Source: Adineta vaga (lineage: Eukaryota > Animalia > Rotifera). Taken from it: a DNA stretch of 64,000 nucleotides. The stretch covers positions 2,790,001 through 2,854,000 of the forward strand of contig CP075495.1 in NCBI GenBank assembly GCA_021613535.1. Direction: 5' to 3'. The position numbers were made by a program, and so were the translations under genes. Position 1 is the first letter of the stretch. Every line of letters starts with the position of its first letter. Shown one piece after another: positions 12,038 to 26,300 of this stretch. The notes under the pieces were generated by a model. The model was given only the letters and a program-made list of their open reading frames with translations, was not told the DNA's origin and ran no database searches.

Positions 12038-14071
12038 ATGCCTAATGATGATTCTCAAAGTATCAATTGTGCTCTTCTTAGTGATGATTCAAGTGGTCAA
12101 TTAACACGATCATCATCAATTAAACCAACAACTACGAATGTTAAATGGACATTACGAAATAGCATTTCAACGGCAAGTCTACGTCGATATCGATCACCAT
12201 TTCGTCGGAGTGCAATGAAAAATGGATCTGTTAAATCCAATTCGCAATATCCATCTCCACCTTCATTTCCATTATTTCGTCGTTTCTATCTCATGCGTAA
12301 TTCATTTGCACGAAAACGACAACGCGAATTACCAGAGCACAGTAAAGAATCCGATGTTCTAGCAACTTCAGAAAAAATCGATTCATCATTACGAATTGAA
12401 GCTTGCCATTTACTAAGTACTATCTTCATAATTCTTATCAGTGGATGTCTTCTAATATTTATGATTGTTCTTGATATGCTCTATTTGGATGATGCAATAC
12501 CAGATTCAAAGAAATCATTAATAACAACATCGAATACAAAAAATCAGACGACATTATGTTTTCGTCATCCAAAAGTTTGTACTATGAAAGCTTTAATTAT
12601 CATTGTATTTTCTGGCATTACAATCGTATTATGTTACATCGTTTTGACCTTATATACGCGTGCAAGAAGTCATACGCGGATATTAGAACGAAAAACGGAT
12701 GAATTAGAAAAAGAAAAATCTCTCACAGAAAAATTACTTCATGAAATTTTACCACCATGTGTTGCGAAAGATCTAATTAATGGACGGAAAGCACCTGCTG
12801 AATATTATGAATCAGTTACTGTATATTTTTCGGATATTGTTGGTTTTACTATTATAGCAAGGTAAGTTATCATTATATTCGTTCAAATTGAGTTTTATTC
12901 GTTTTACAAAACAATTATCATTTAGTACCTGTACACCAAATGAAACTTGTGATATGTTAAATCAACTTTATTCAATTTTTGATTCTTTATTAGAAAATTT
13001 TGATGTTTATAAAGTTGAAACTATTGGTGATGCATATATGGTCGTTTCTGGAGCACCGAAAAAGAATGGTGATAAAGTAATTTTGTTTGAAAAAGAATTA
13101 AATATCAAATAACAAATCAAATGTTTGCTTATCTATTCTAGCATCCAAATGAAATTGCTAATATGTCATTAGCTTTACTCCAGTGTAAACAACAAGTTCA
13201 TGTACCTCGTAGTTCAGCTCAATTAAAATTACGTATTGGTATACATACAGGTATTTATATAAAACTAATTAGCATTCTATATAAGATTTAATGGGAGAAA
13301 AAAAGTATTGTCGATTACGGGCATGTGTTCTATGTATAAATATCATCAGACTTTGGAACAATGAAATATCTTGAAGAAAAAATAACATAACTGACGTGTC
13401 TGTATAATACAGAAAACACAAGAGAACAATAATAAGATAATAAATTTGCCACAAGAGATTTATTATATTTTTCTTGACGACAACATATTGTTGATCTATA
13501 TTTTTATCTTCCAGAATTATCATCTGACATCAGCATTGGTCATAAACTTCGAGATTTCGACGACCAATATCTTTATATACATGTATATATAAATATTAAG
13601 AATTATTCAAGTTAATTGGACTTTCTGTGAGACATAATGAGATCTATAAATAACAAGAAGATAATAGTTATCATTATCTATAAGAATGTAGAGCTTGAAA
13701 AAGAATTCCGAAAGAAACCTATTGAATTACATGAAAATCTATTCTATTAATTATTTGTTAATATTTGTCTAGGACCAGTATGTGCGGCAGTGATTGGTTC
13801 GAAAATGCCTCGATATTGTATGTTTGGTGATACAGTTAATGTAGCTAGTCGAATGGAATCTAATGGTTTACCAGATAAAATTCACATGAGTAACGATACA
13901 TATAAACGATTAATTAATCGAGATCAATATATCTTCGAAGAACGTGGTGAAATATTAGTTAAAGGAAAAGGTCAAATGCATACATATTTTCTTTTGGATA
14001 GAAAACCAATTCAAAATGTATCGAAATCACGTTCAAATACAATAATTAAAGGAGAACGAGATTGTATATAA
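12038..14071 (+). CDS. Membrane guanylate cyclase with two TM helices and no kinase-homology or large sensor domain
   Basis: Exons 12038-12861, 12926-13076, 13142-13250, 13773-14071. Signalling helix ([24 protein letters not shown]) and class III cyclase motifs [57 protein letters not shown]. The Glu (VET) and Cys (RYC) specify GTP. Confidence 0.92.
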
Positions 14072-16842
14072 AATGCTTGTTGTGATACGAAAAAAAAATA
14101 TTTTTTAATTTTAGTATATTCTTCACTTGGGTCTTTCCATTTGATATAGCATGTTTATCAAAGAAAAAATAAAATGACTATTGAGAAAAAGAAAATTTTC
14201 GTGAATGATTTTTGTTTTGATTATCTTGTTTTATTCATTTATATGATAAATACTAAATTGTAATGAGATTTGAGAAATTGATGATTAACAGAACAACATA
14301 TCAGGTATGGAAACAAGTTTGCTTTGTATAAAAGTTGTTATCTATGATAAAAATCATTCAATAAATGAATGATGAACAACTCAGATTCAAATTTTCCGAT
14401 CATCTCTGAGTAGAACTGATTGTGATGTATTCAATTTCTTGAACCATATGTTTCTGTTTAAAAAGAAAAAGAATTATGTGACATTGATGTATGAGTTATT
14501 ACCAGATACATGACGTTGAATTCCATACATAGAAATCTTAATAACTATAATCAACTCGTTAATAAAAGTGGAAATAATCTAAAGTTTAGATGTAATCTTA
14601 ATATAGAAGAACAAAAATAAAAATGAACTGTGTTCTATAATTTCTTGTAAAAAGGTCAAAGTCGTATAAATATATAGTTTTTGAAAGTTATCTTCTTTAC
14701 CGATGAATACAATACTCTATGAATATCTAAATAATCGATTATTGAGAGAATCAGACAAGTGTGATAATCGAAACTGAAGTCTTTGATCATTTATGCTAAA
14801 CTTATATGAATAGATTCTTCATTTGAATAATATAGTTAATAGATCATTAAATAAAGAAGAACTGCACGTGAAAACAACATCCATACAAGCCTATGAATAA
14901 CTAACACAAAATAGAATAGATAATGCTGTTAAATAATCGGAAATATTCTCAGTCAACTTATTATTTGTAGAATAATAGTAATAGTATGATAGATCGTTCT
15001 TCACTATTCAGATGAATCGGATATTGTTTTATTAAAACAAATCTAAATCAACGGATCATGATGATTGTCAAACGAATTCAAAACTATCATCATACAAATA
15101 AGTCACTGATATGGTAAGAAAAAGTCAAGAATAGAAAAAAACAAATTATTCAAAAGCATTCTTTGTTTATTCAAATGAGAAAGTGATAGATGTCTTCTAT
15201 AGTAACCAGCATTAATATCGAGGAATAAATAATATACAATTATCATATCGATTACACACAGCAGTCGATCAAAATTGACATCATGAAATCATGTGGATTC
15301 TTGCGGCTATTCTTATATATATATATGTATATAAAAGAACAGTCCAATTACATGTGCATGCATTTCTTAACTTTCAATATATTCGTTGTAATTATTATTC
15401 GTATAGATGAAAAGTAAATTCTATTCACATTCTTTTATATAGATTCTAATCAATGATAATAATTAGGTAAGAATGTAAGTTATAAATCTCGTCTTTAATA
15501 CACATAGTTTCTTATAATGTAGGAAAGATGATAATAAGAGGATGTTCTATTAAGATTTGAAAATGACTTATTTAGAATCGACTATTTATTCATCAGTAGT
15601 CGTATTCATTGCATACAATTACATGCGTTCAATATCATCTGAATGAAAAGCTTTCATCAATCTTTATGTAATTTTTATTGATGAATTTCTTTTGTGCATG
15701 TTTCTTTTGACAAGTAAATCAAATAAAAGTATTGAAATTTCTTTCAAGAATCACTCAAGTTTTTCTCTTCGAACAAGAAAATCGTATTAGAAACGACATA
15801 GTAATGGTTAGTATCTTTCTATAAGAATGACAACGATGCTGTTGTTTGTTAACTGTCCGAAAATAACTTTTCTCTGTAAACATCATAGATAATTATTTTG
15901 GTTCTTGGAGAAATTATATTCATTGAATGTGTACATATATTGATAATCATAATCGTGATATCTATAATGAACTATATTTTATATTTATATAATAAATTGA
16001 AAACATACTTTGACATCTTTATATCACTTATCATATAAAGGCCACATTCTTTCAATCAAGAATAACACGTTTAGTATTTAGATAGATTAGACATTTCGAA
16101 GTAATAAATGAATAGGCAGTATGACTTGTCAGGTAGTGTAAGAATGATATCAACATCCGTTTCTATATGTTAATCTTACTCATGTTTTTATTAGAAGGAA
16201 AAACACGGCATACATATATACATAATCATCATCAAGCTCGCTTTCTTTCCTTTCTTTTCTATAGTATACATGGAGAACATCAAGTTAGCTTTCTTTCATA
16301 TAAAAGAAGATCTTTGCTTTCTTAACGACCAATACATTTTATTTCTCTCTCTCTCTCTCGCTCGCTCTTTTCTTTTGCTAATATCCAAGAAGAGAATGAA
16401 AAACACATAGAAAAAGAGTCAGTAGTATTTTATCTGTATATTTATATAGATTCAGTATCATCATAGCAAATGATATTTTTATAGTAGACAAGAAAAACGT
16501 TGTTGGCAGTAAAAGTAAGCATAAGTATACTCTATCTGAGGACCAGTTTCAATCATTAACAAAAGTTCATGAAACGAATATCAATTGATTATGTTTGTTT
16601 ATTCAAGATCGTATTTGCTCTTTATACTACTACGTCTAACCAACATACACATGGTCATATAAAGTATGTACAAATGATCTTGTACAGTTATTTTTACTTG
16701 AATTCTGCTAAATAAATCATATCTCGATTATTAGCGGTATTCATTGAATGTAGACCAATATATATATATAGAAGAAAACAAACCATTTTGTTCAACAATT
16801 AATCATATCATTAAACATAATCAACAAGACAATTTTGTTAGT

Positions 16843-17777
16843 ATGTTACCAAGACCAATCGCATCGTCGACAGCGGCAACTTTAGAACAAAAAACGAAAA
16901 TAATACGAATAACTCTTGCTGCAACAGTTGTTTCATTTATTGTTTTTCTTATAACATTAACATCAACACAATGGATATATGTTACTTATCCACGAGATTT
17001 CTATTCGAAACGACATAATATGACTCTTGTTCGATCTCGTTATGGTATCATTTGGGAATGTTTTTCTGGTAGACTAAAAAATGTTTCCACACTCAGTAAG
17101 TATATAGATTTAAATATAAATAGAATTTTTCAGGTACAAATCTAATGATTTTCTTCGTTTTCTGTATAGCAACTAAATGTGATTATCATCAATCTCATAT
17201 TCAAAATAATTCAACGCCAGCTGAACAAACACTTGTTGGTATGTTATCTATATGCATATATATAATTCTCATGAAATTTAATAAAAAAAATTCTAAATTT
17301 CTTTATAGGAATGACGCGTACAATGCTCTCATTCAGTGTTATTCATATACTTCTTGCAATTATTACATTTATTTGTGGATTATATAGTATTCGTGATTAT
17401 AGATATACTTATAAACGATTAACAGGCATGATTTATATTTTAAGTGGTAAAAATGTTTATGATTATTGAGAAAATCTATTTTCTAACATAACTTATTTCT
17501 TTTTCGTTTAGCTGCCGCAATGCTTGTTTGTATTGAAGTATTAAGTACAATATTCCGTCATATAAATGAACAATTACCGGATATTTATCCAGCGGGTACT
17601 GAACGTGCCTATGGTGTATGCTATGTCATGGCTTGGATTATTTTTGTACAATTACTCATCGCCTCGTTTACATTTTTTGCTTGTAGTAAAAAACGAAAAG
17701 GTACATTCGATGAAGCAACTGAAGAAGAAGCATTAGCAAATCGACCAGTAGATTTAGGTCGATCATTTAGACGTTAA
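16843..17777 (+). CDS. Claudin/PMP22/EMP-superfamily four-TM protein
   Basis: Exons 16843-17095, 17170-17238, 17309-17446, 17512-17777. Four TM segments, W...GIIWEC...C in loop 1, YGVCYVMAW before TM4. Confidence 0.8.
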
Positions 17778-20700
17778 AATTAATAATTCCATTTAATTAA
17801 CGAATAATATTTTACTCAAATATGTTCTGTTTTTCTTCTTGTTTTAATTTGATGTTTTGTTAGTGAACTCTTTTTATTCATCTGATCAGAAAGATAATTT
17901 ATACATATCAAACTGTTTCAAATGATAAACTTGATATATTCTCGCATAAACAGATTATTATTGAGTTTAATTTAAAATTCATATTCAAATACTTAAATTC
18001 TATTTTTAAGGTTTGTGATTATCATAAAGAAATCTTTCATAATAAACTAAAGGTTCAAATCATGTTTGTGATAGTTGTATTTGTTACAATGATGTGATCT
18101 GGAGAAAATCGAAGTGATATTCCTCTACAAACGCATGTTAATACTTCAATTTGGAAAACTTCATGGACGGACTCGTTCACTGCTTTTTAATAATGTAGAT
18201 GATAGTAAATAATACATGTGAGCACCGAAGCGACTAAGATAAGCTTGTAATTTCAATGGAAATCTTTTCATTAACACAACTTATTAATAATCAGAAGTAA
18301 GTGTCTCGACATAAATACGATGTAATCATTGCCTTCAGCAATTTTATTCGATCTAAAATGTGTTGTAGATCAATTCGAACTTTTATATTTCATTCAAAGA
18401 CTTCTGCCAATAAATTTTGTATCATATACTCAATTAAAAAAGATCACCTATAGTTATTTATATATATATATATCTAAATGTTCATAACACTTGTACGAAT
18501 TCTTAAGAAAAATGAATAACAAATATATGTTGTCTGAGATGCAATGCATTGCTTTTAGATCATCAAACATCGTTTTACATCATTGCCTGACTATCAGTAT
18601 TCATTCGATGACATTATTTTTATACGTGATTTAATTCTAAGAAGAAACAAAGTACAACAACGACATTTTGGTTTGAGCTAATAATCTTCTTTTCAATTTT
18701 TCACATCTTCCTGTCTCTATTCAAATAAATCTTCTAGATCATGCAATACAAGAAAAAAAACGTTCTCATAGTTTTGTTAGTCATAATGAAATCTATTAAA
18801 AATTCACTCTACTAACATCTTCAAAGTAGAGAAAGAAAGACAGAAGAAGCTAGGATAAATAAAATGAAAAATTAATTAATGTTTTTTTTATGAGAAACAC
18901 ATGTATGAATACTCATCGTATATATAATTCATATGACGGCTTGATTGATTGATTCATTCATTTACATGGTCATCCGTTGAAGAGATTTGTTCATTTATAC
19001 AGATGATACTATAGACACATTTGAAAACTAATGAACTTATTCACATGATTTCTATCATCTTGATCCTTGTGATAGAGATATTAAAATATGACATTTATCA
19101 TTGCATATGGAAGATATCTCTCATTTATACAAACGTTTCTCTTTGTTTATTTATAAAGTCCTTTTGAAAACTCGACTATTACTCTCTTTAATAGAAATAA
19201 TAGTATCCGTCTTCTTTTTTACATCTTTCATAATCTATGAGATCTGTATTCTTATTGGTTATTTCTGATAATCTATATTTTATCAATAAAATGAATCTTT
19301 TTTTAGAATGAATTTGATATAGAAGTCAAAAGGCAATTACATGGTATAAGGTCATTTTTTTAGTGATGCACATGTGATCGTCAAAGGTTAACGTTGAACG
19401 AGTGCTAATTGCATTGTTATCGGAATTGATTCGAACAACTTAACTTAGTTATTCAATTGATTATCACTACAGTGTAAATGGTCGATTTTTTTATCTATGG
19501 CATTCATCGTGGGAACATGTTTGTTTCCAAAGATTCCAATTTTTCTTTTCTTTTCCGCTTTGATTATATTTTGACTCATCAGGGTAACACTTTCTTTCTT
19601 ATCTTTACATATTGTCCATGAAGACGCACACGATGATGCATAAGCGAATGTAAACATCGCCTTAGATTATCATTATAATTATCTACTAATGATAAAAGAA
19701 GAACTGAGAAAGAGAGAACATAGAACAACAGTCGTTGTAACTATCCGATGAACGACAACATTATGTATAAGAGAAAGCATAAGACATATATATCTGGAAT
19801 GTTTGTATAATGCTTGATCGAATAAACCTCTTTTTCTTCTTCCACATCAGTAATGATCCTTTCTTTTTTCTTCCTCTCATTTGGTACTATCAATAGGCAC
19901 AAGAGATTTTTCTTTTGTTCACTCTCTTACTTGATATATGTTGTCCATGTGCATGACCTCTTTCTCTTTCCTTTTCGCTATAATATATATATATATATTT
20001 ATATTTATATTTATATGAAATAAAAATATTAATAGATATTGAACAATAAACGGAATTTAATCACGTAAAATTGTTCACATTCTACTAACTCATTTGAATT
20101 ACGTAAATCTTGACAATTGGTAAGTGAGCAACATAGTGGTCTGCATGTTTGTCCATGTTAGGTGATTATTACAGCAATTTGAATATACTAATTATACAGG
20201 TGTATACAGAAAGAAAAAAACCCGGTGATGATGGAAGCCAGACAGGCAATACAATATGCCCTTCGACATCATCGACGACAGTAAACATATGAATAAGAAA
20301 AGAGAGAAGATCGAGTATAGGGTCAACTTAGTTTATATATACAAATACCTATTCATAAATCTTAGAAGTCTTCGTTGCCGATGTTCGTATCAGACACAAG
20401 AGTATGAACAGAAGATGAGATTAAATGTCGATAAATTGATGGCTCAATGACATTCACAAAACTTTATCATACATACCAGAGACACAGTTAGTGCATCAAG
20501 GTTGATCAAAATGAGTCGAGAACAATTGAACTAATTTCTTACTTTGTATGTTTGTAAAAGTTACATCATTGATTTCTATGAATGACAACAGAATCTTTAG
20601 ATAAAATACTAATGCTCATTTTGTTGTTATCCAGCTGAGCACTTATGGACTGTATACTCCGTTGATGTTTAGTTGCCTTATCGTAGTTTATGTGTCCTCG

Positions 20701-20789
20701 ATTTACATCATTTGTTTTCTTTTGTCCTATATGAACTTCTTCGTTTTTGTCTTGATTTGACCGACTGAGTTAATGCTGTTCACTGAGAA

Positions 20790-20822
20790 TTCTTCTTCTT
20801 CTTCTTCTTCTTCTTCTTCTTC
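20790..20822. repeat. (TTC)11 microsatellite
   Basis: Directly visible. Confidence 0.9.
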
Positions 20823-21746
20823 TTTTTTTTGTACAATTTTCTGATATAGAAATAAGTTAAATCAATCAAAAAAAAGAAGAAAGAAAGAAATGAATGAATT
20901 AGATGGATGGCCAAAAGAAAGAGAGAAAAAAATTAAAAAGCTCAGATATCCTGTTATAATTTGATTGAATGAACAGGAACCAAAGTTTTCTCTTTTTCCT
21001 TTAGTTTGTCTTCAAGAGAAAAAAATGACAGATAGAGTTAGAAGAAGAAGAAAAACGGAAAAGAGACTGCTGACATCATCATTTACATTAAGTACTTATA
21101 CAACATATTTCTAAGCCATAGTTTGTGCGTATGTTCGAACACAAGGGAAAAAATACAATAGTTCTACTAGTGTTAAATAGTCCGTGCATGAACAGTTTCC
21201 ACCCCATATATAGACACATATTGAACAAAAAAACGCTTATCGAATCTGTCACATTGATGAAAATTAATTCGTTCTCTCTCCTGCCCTTTTTTCTTCTTCT
21301 ACTTCGATGACATGTACATTGAACCTATATAATGTGTTGTATGCTGTTCGTGATACTAGTGTTATAAACATATTTTGCCTTTAATGACATGTTACATATG
21401 TGTGTGCTTCCATAGAAAAGAACAGCGATGCCTACTTTTGTCTAATCTATTTTTCACACACAAACAGGCATTGTCAGATGCATTGTTAGAAGCTCTTTTT
21501 TTCGCGTTCTGATAAGCATTATGATGGAATATTTAGTATTGAATATGACCGATTTTTATCTTATTTCTTAAAAAGATGAAGTCATTCGATTATCTTAATG
21601 TGTCCACTTATTCTATTGTATTTTTCTATATGTATATGTTTCTTTTGTCTTTTCTATTATAGCTAATTTACATGTATAGTGACCACTCTCACGAGAATAA
21701 CTATTCACAATCACAATGAACTTAATATAAGAAGAGCAGGTGAACA

Positions 21747-23370
21747 ATGTATGATAATTCTCGCGTGCCTTCATATACAAATGTGGCATCTCGCCCATGC
21801 CGTATACAATACAGTCGTTGGTCATTAGACACACCAACAACGGAAACACCTATTGATCCATCATTACCATACCCATCGGCAAAGCTTTCTTCTTCACTCT
21901 ACTATCCTCACACGCGAAGAAACAGTCAAGTACTCACACCACATTATGTCAATTATTATCCATCATCATCATCATCATTATCGTCTCATCTATCCAATCA
22001 ACAATGTCCGAAATCGGCTATTGTACATGATTTTATCTCATCCGATCAAGAACAAATTCATGTTAATGATTTCCGACAACGTTATGATTCGAAACCTGTT
22101 GTAGGTATTGTTAAACCAATGGTTCATCAACGATCCTATACTCAATTAAATAACAGTTACAATAATGAAATAAAAATTTCTGAAAAAATGATAAATTCCT
22201 ATTATTCAAATTCAACTCGTTCATTACAACAACCAACATCAAAATCACCATCATTTCCTCTTCCGCCACCTTCTCATCTTGATTCATCTACGATCTATCG
22301 ATCTCGTCCAAATCCATCAGTGAATAATATCAATGGTCAACCACCATTGGCGCCGCGACGACATTCATCCATTGGCACTAGCAAATATTTGTCATCTTAT
22401 CGTTCATCACGAACAACATCAACGTCATCCTCATCTGTTGCGGCTGTTAATGAACTGTCATCAACAACATTATCTTATGAAAATGAACAGCATCAAACAA
22501 ATAATGAAAAAATCATTGATGGTAAACGTCTGGAAATGTTTTATGGAAGTGTTGGAACATTAGTAAAATCGTCTTGTTCAATAGCTCGTCTTTATGCAAC
22601 AACAACACGACAATTAGCTAATTTTGAAGACTGGTCATGCCAACAACGTGGTGTTCCCGTATGGATATATAATACAGTTCGTAATCTTCTTTTATTTACA
22701 TATTGATGTTTATAGAAATCTTCTCTAGGGGGCTAATCTTAAACGAACTCGACAAGTAAGATTATTACTTGCTCAACATGAAAGTTGCTTTGCTATATGG
22801 TCAGATCTCGTTTCTGATAGAGCAGAATTACGTATACCAAAAGATAATTATATTACATGTTGGTTACCTGAATCTAATTTACTTGTGGTATTTAAATTTG
22901 AACGTCATGATGCTTGTCGATTATTTTTTCAACAATATTATGAAATATTAGAATATGATCGTCGTATAAATTTAACTGATATACCATTATTACCTAAGGA
23001 AAAGATGATAGAAGAACAACAACAACAAACGAAAAATAAAGATGTGCCACGTCGTTATTCACGTTTAAAAACAATATCAAATAAACAAGATAAGGAACAA
23101 CAGCAGTTTGAACTGCGTCGTTCTCGTAGTTTATCTCGAATTCGAACAGTAAAAAAGTCTGCTATATCTGGACCGATCAATTTTGAACATGTGAATCATA
23201 TTAGTCTTAATTCTGATCAAGATCATTCATTATCAGGTACATCGACATTACGTTCTCTACATGCATCAATGTCACATATACCATGTAATGGTACATTAAC
23301 TGATCGATATTCTAAACAAAGTAAAAGACGCGCTTCTATCTTGTTCGAATCACGAACAACAGCCGTCTGA
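21747..23370 (+). CDS. WH1/EVH1-like domain + CRIB motif protein (MESR3-like)
   Basis: Exons 21747-22676 and 22729-23370. S/P-rich N-terminus; WH1-like block ARLYA...WSCQQRGVPVWIYNTG...VRLLLAQHESCFAIWSD; CRIB ISGPINFEHVNHI. Confidence 0.7.
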
Positions 23371-26300
23371 ATTATTTTCTTTGTGTTCGTTTTCTTGATA
23401 TTGTCAAGTATTATTTCCTTTTTTTAAAATAATTTCAATAATAACAAGTAGCGCTCATCCGAAAGATTCGCTGATCCTTTTTTGAAAGAAAATTTAGATC
23501 AAGTTTTATGGCAAAACCGGGTTTATGGTTATAGTTTTGATGTCAAAGATTTCTTAACTGTAAGAAAACTGAGAAGGAAGTGTACCTTTTTAGCTACGTA
23601 TGTTGTATAAGAATATCTATATCTCTCATCTATAATATAACAAATGCTCGTCATTCTTACTCAATATTTACCGAGAAAGCATGATTTATCACACTTAAAA
23701 GTCAGAATACAATAAGCAGAATTTCTCACATAGAAACGTTGCGAATGATATGACGAGACCATTTAGAATTGTGAGTTGTTTCCTGGACCTTTCAAGAAAA
23801 TATAGCTTCATATATACTTTTTTCTACTCCTGCAATGCATTCACAATACTATACTAGCATCAATGTACCGTGAATTGAATGGAGTTTTTATTCTAAAAGA
23901 ACGGGGACAGATAAGACCGTTAATCGGTCCATTTTTCGATATAGAAAGCTATGGACAAAAAGCCTAATTTTTAGGTTAATAATTGAAAATTTTTATTTTT
24001 ATTGTGGACTTTATTCCATGGCAAAGATACCAGATAAAATGACATTTAATCAGTGATTTCTATAGCTCTTGATCGCAGGGCTTTAATTATATGTATAAAA
24101 CAAATCCATTATTTAGTTTTATAAGAGGAAATTTCGATAGAATAAGCAACATTAGGACACACTTTGCTATATTTTTAGTTCTCCCTGATCTTTCAAGAGA
24201 TATATGATCAGAGAAATTGAAGGTACCAAAATTCTCATATAGTACGTTTAATAGCCCGTAAAAAAGCTACATTTCCCTTATATTTCTATTCAAAACGAAA
24301 TATGACCACTTGTGCAAAAAACGATTTTAACTATTTTGCTATATCAATTTTCTCGATTTTTCTCAATGAATTTCATGAAATGTAATAGAACTTCAAGTTT
24401 TTATCAAATGTTTTCATCTAGATTCATTTGAATGTGTGTTCTTCCATACATGTCTTATATTAATTCTATCTTCTCACTTCTGTTACAATGCTTAATTTTA
24501 TTAACATATAATAATATTCATATCATTTCTTTTATTATTTTTTGTCCTAAAATAGATGGTTTTCTTTGTTTGAATGACTTGATTTCTAGTAGTATTGTTT
24601 AGGTACGCCATCTATCAAAGTTGCGTATATGTGGATAAGGATTCGAGTTCAATCAACTTAGGTGATGTAGCATATGATATGACAATTACCCAACTTATAT
24701 TTACTTTCTATGAAATAATTATTTACGTTTATAACCTCCATTCAATGTAGTTTGAAAGCGATTGTATAGATAGGTACATCGATTTCTATCTGATATCCTT
24801 GGAGTATTGATTGATTATTCGTCTAAAATGTTCGATGTCTCATTAGAAAAAAAAAGAAAGTATTCTAATAAAATTAAGATTTTGTCGGTCGATATCACTG
24901 TTCAATGCTTTGAACAATGTACCATTTCATTTTATTAATAGGCAAATCTGTATGCTATTCATTTTTTCAGATTGACCAATTATGATAGGCATGAATTATT
25001 GGTATTAGTAATGATGAAATCTGTCAAATCATCTTAGTGAATTCATTGTTGAGGTAATCTTAATCTTTTTTTTATAATAAACGATTTTATCTCGTTGTTC
25101 CCTTCGAGATTAAAAACTCCTATTTAACATAATATTCAATTCAGTTCATTTGTTCAGTAATAAATCAATCTACTGGACAATGCCTATATTAGATCATAGC
25201 TTTGTCAAATAAACTAACATGCATACACTCTATTTGATTGCCTATTATGCATCAAATCATTTCGAGTGATGGTCAATAATAGAGAGAGAGAGTTCGGAGA
25301 AGAAGGAGATTATTATGAAAGTGATTACGTCCTTGACTCCATCCGCATATAAGCACATGATGTCGACATTTGTTCATTCTCATTTTCTCTTTTATATTGA
25401 TGAGTAATCGACACCAGCAAGCTGCTGTTCTATTTCTTTCTTCTTTTAACTTGTGAAAGGCTATTGCCGTTCAATACAATACTCATACACGAGTGCATTC
25501 ACATAGATTACATGATTACTTTACTCGTGTCTCTTTTATTTCAATATGCCTTCTGTGTGTGTGTGTATGTGTAGTGGTAGAGTTGGCCTTCGCATCCATA
25601 CGTCAACGTCGGACGGATTGATCAGTGAAAAAAAGAGAAAAAAAACTAAGAAGAAAAAAAACTTCCATACGTCCGCTATCGCTCAAATTCTCTGAGCATT
25701 CAAGATACTGGGCGACTAGTGCATCATGTTTGTGTGCGTGCGTATGTGTTGTCGCTCGGCATCGAAGACCGACAGGCATTAGATTAAGCAAAGAAAAGAA
25801 AGGAGAGAAAACCGAGACAGATATGTAAAGCAAGGCTATAGAAGGTGTCCCCCCCCCCGTCGTGTACACCCACACTATTCTCGCTTGATCTTTCTCTCAA
25901 TCTTTCTTCGTTGGTGTTGGTCGAGTCTTGACGGGTTTTTTCTCTTCCCTCTCCTTCGGCTCATGTTGATTTAATCTGCGTGGATTACTTCACCATTACC
26001 ATCGACCATCCGCATGTCAGAAGAAAGAGAAAAAGAGCACGAGTTGCATATTCGAAAGGCCAACTAGATCGGGCAACAAGGACGATCAAAGAATGAGTAA
26101 AACAAGAACACAATTTCTCCTTCATCATCGTCATTATGGTCGTTGAAGCGTCTATCGCTTTTTTTTCTCTGCAATTATTAGGTGTTTTTTATCGAGAAAT
26201 ATTCAGACAGATTATTATTATGACGTTGCATTGTAACAGGTCATTTTCGACCTTGAGATCTTTTTTTTCTATAAATATTTGTAGAAAAAAAAAGTGCTAT

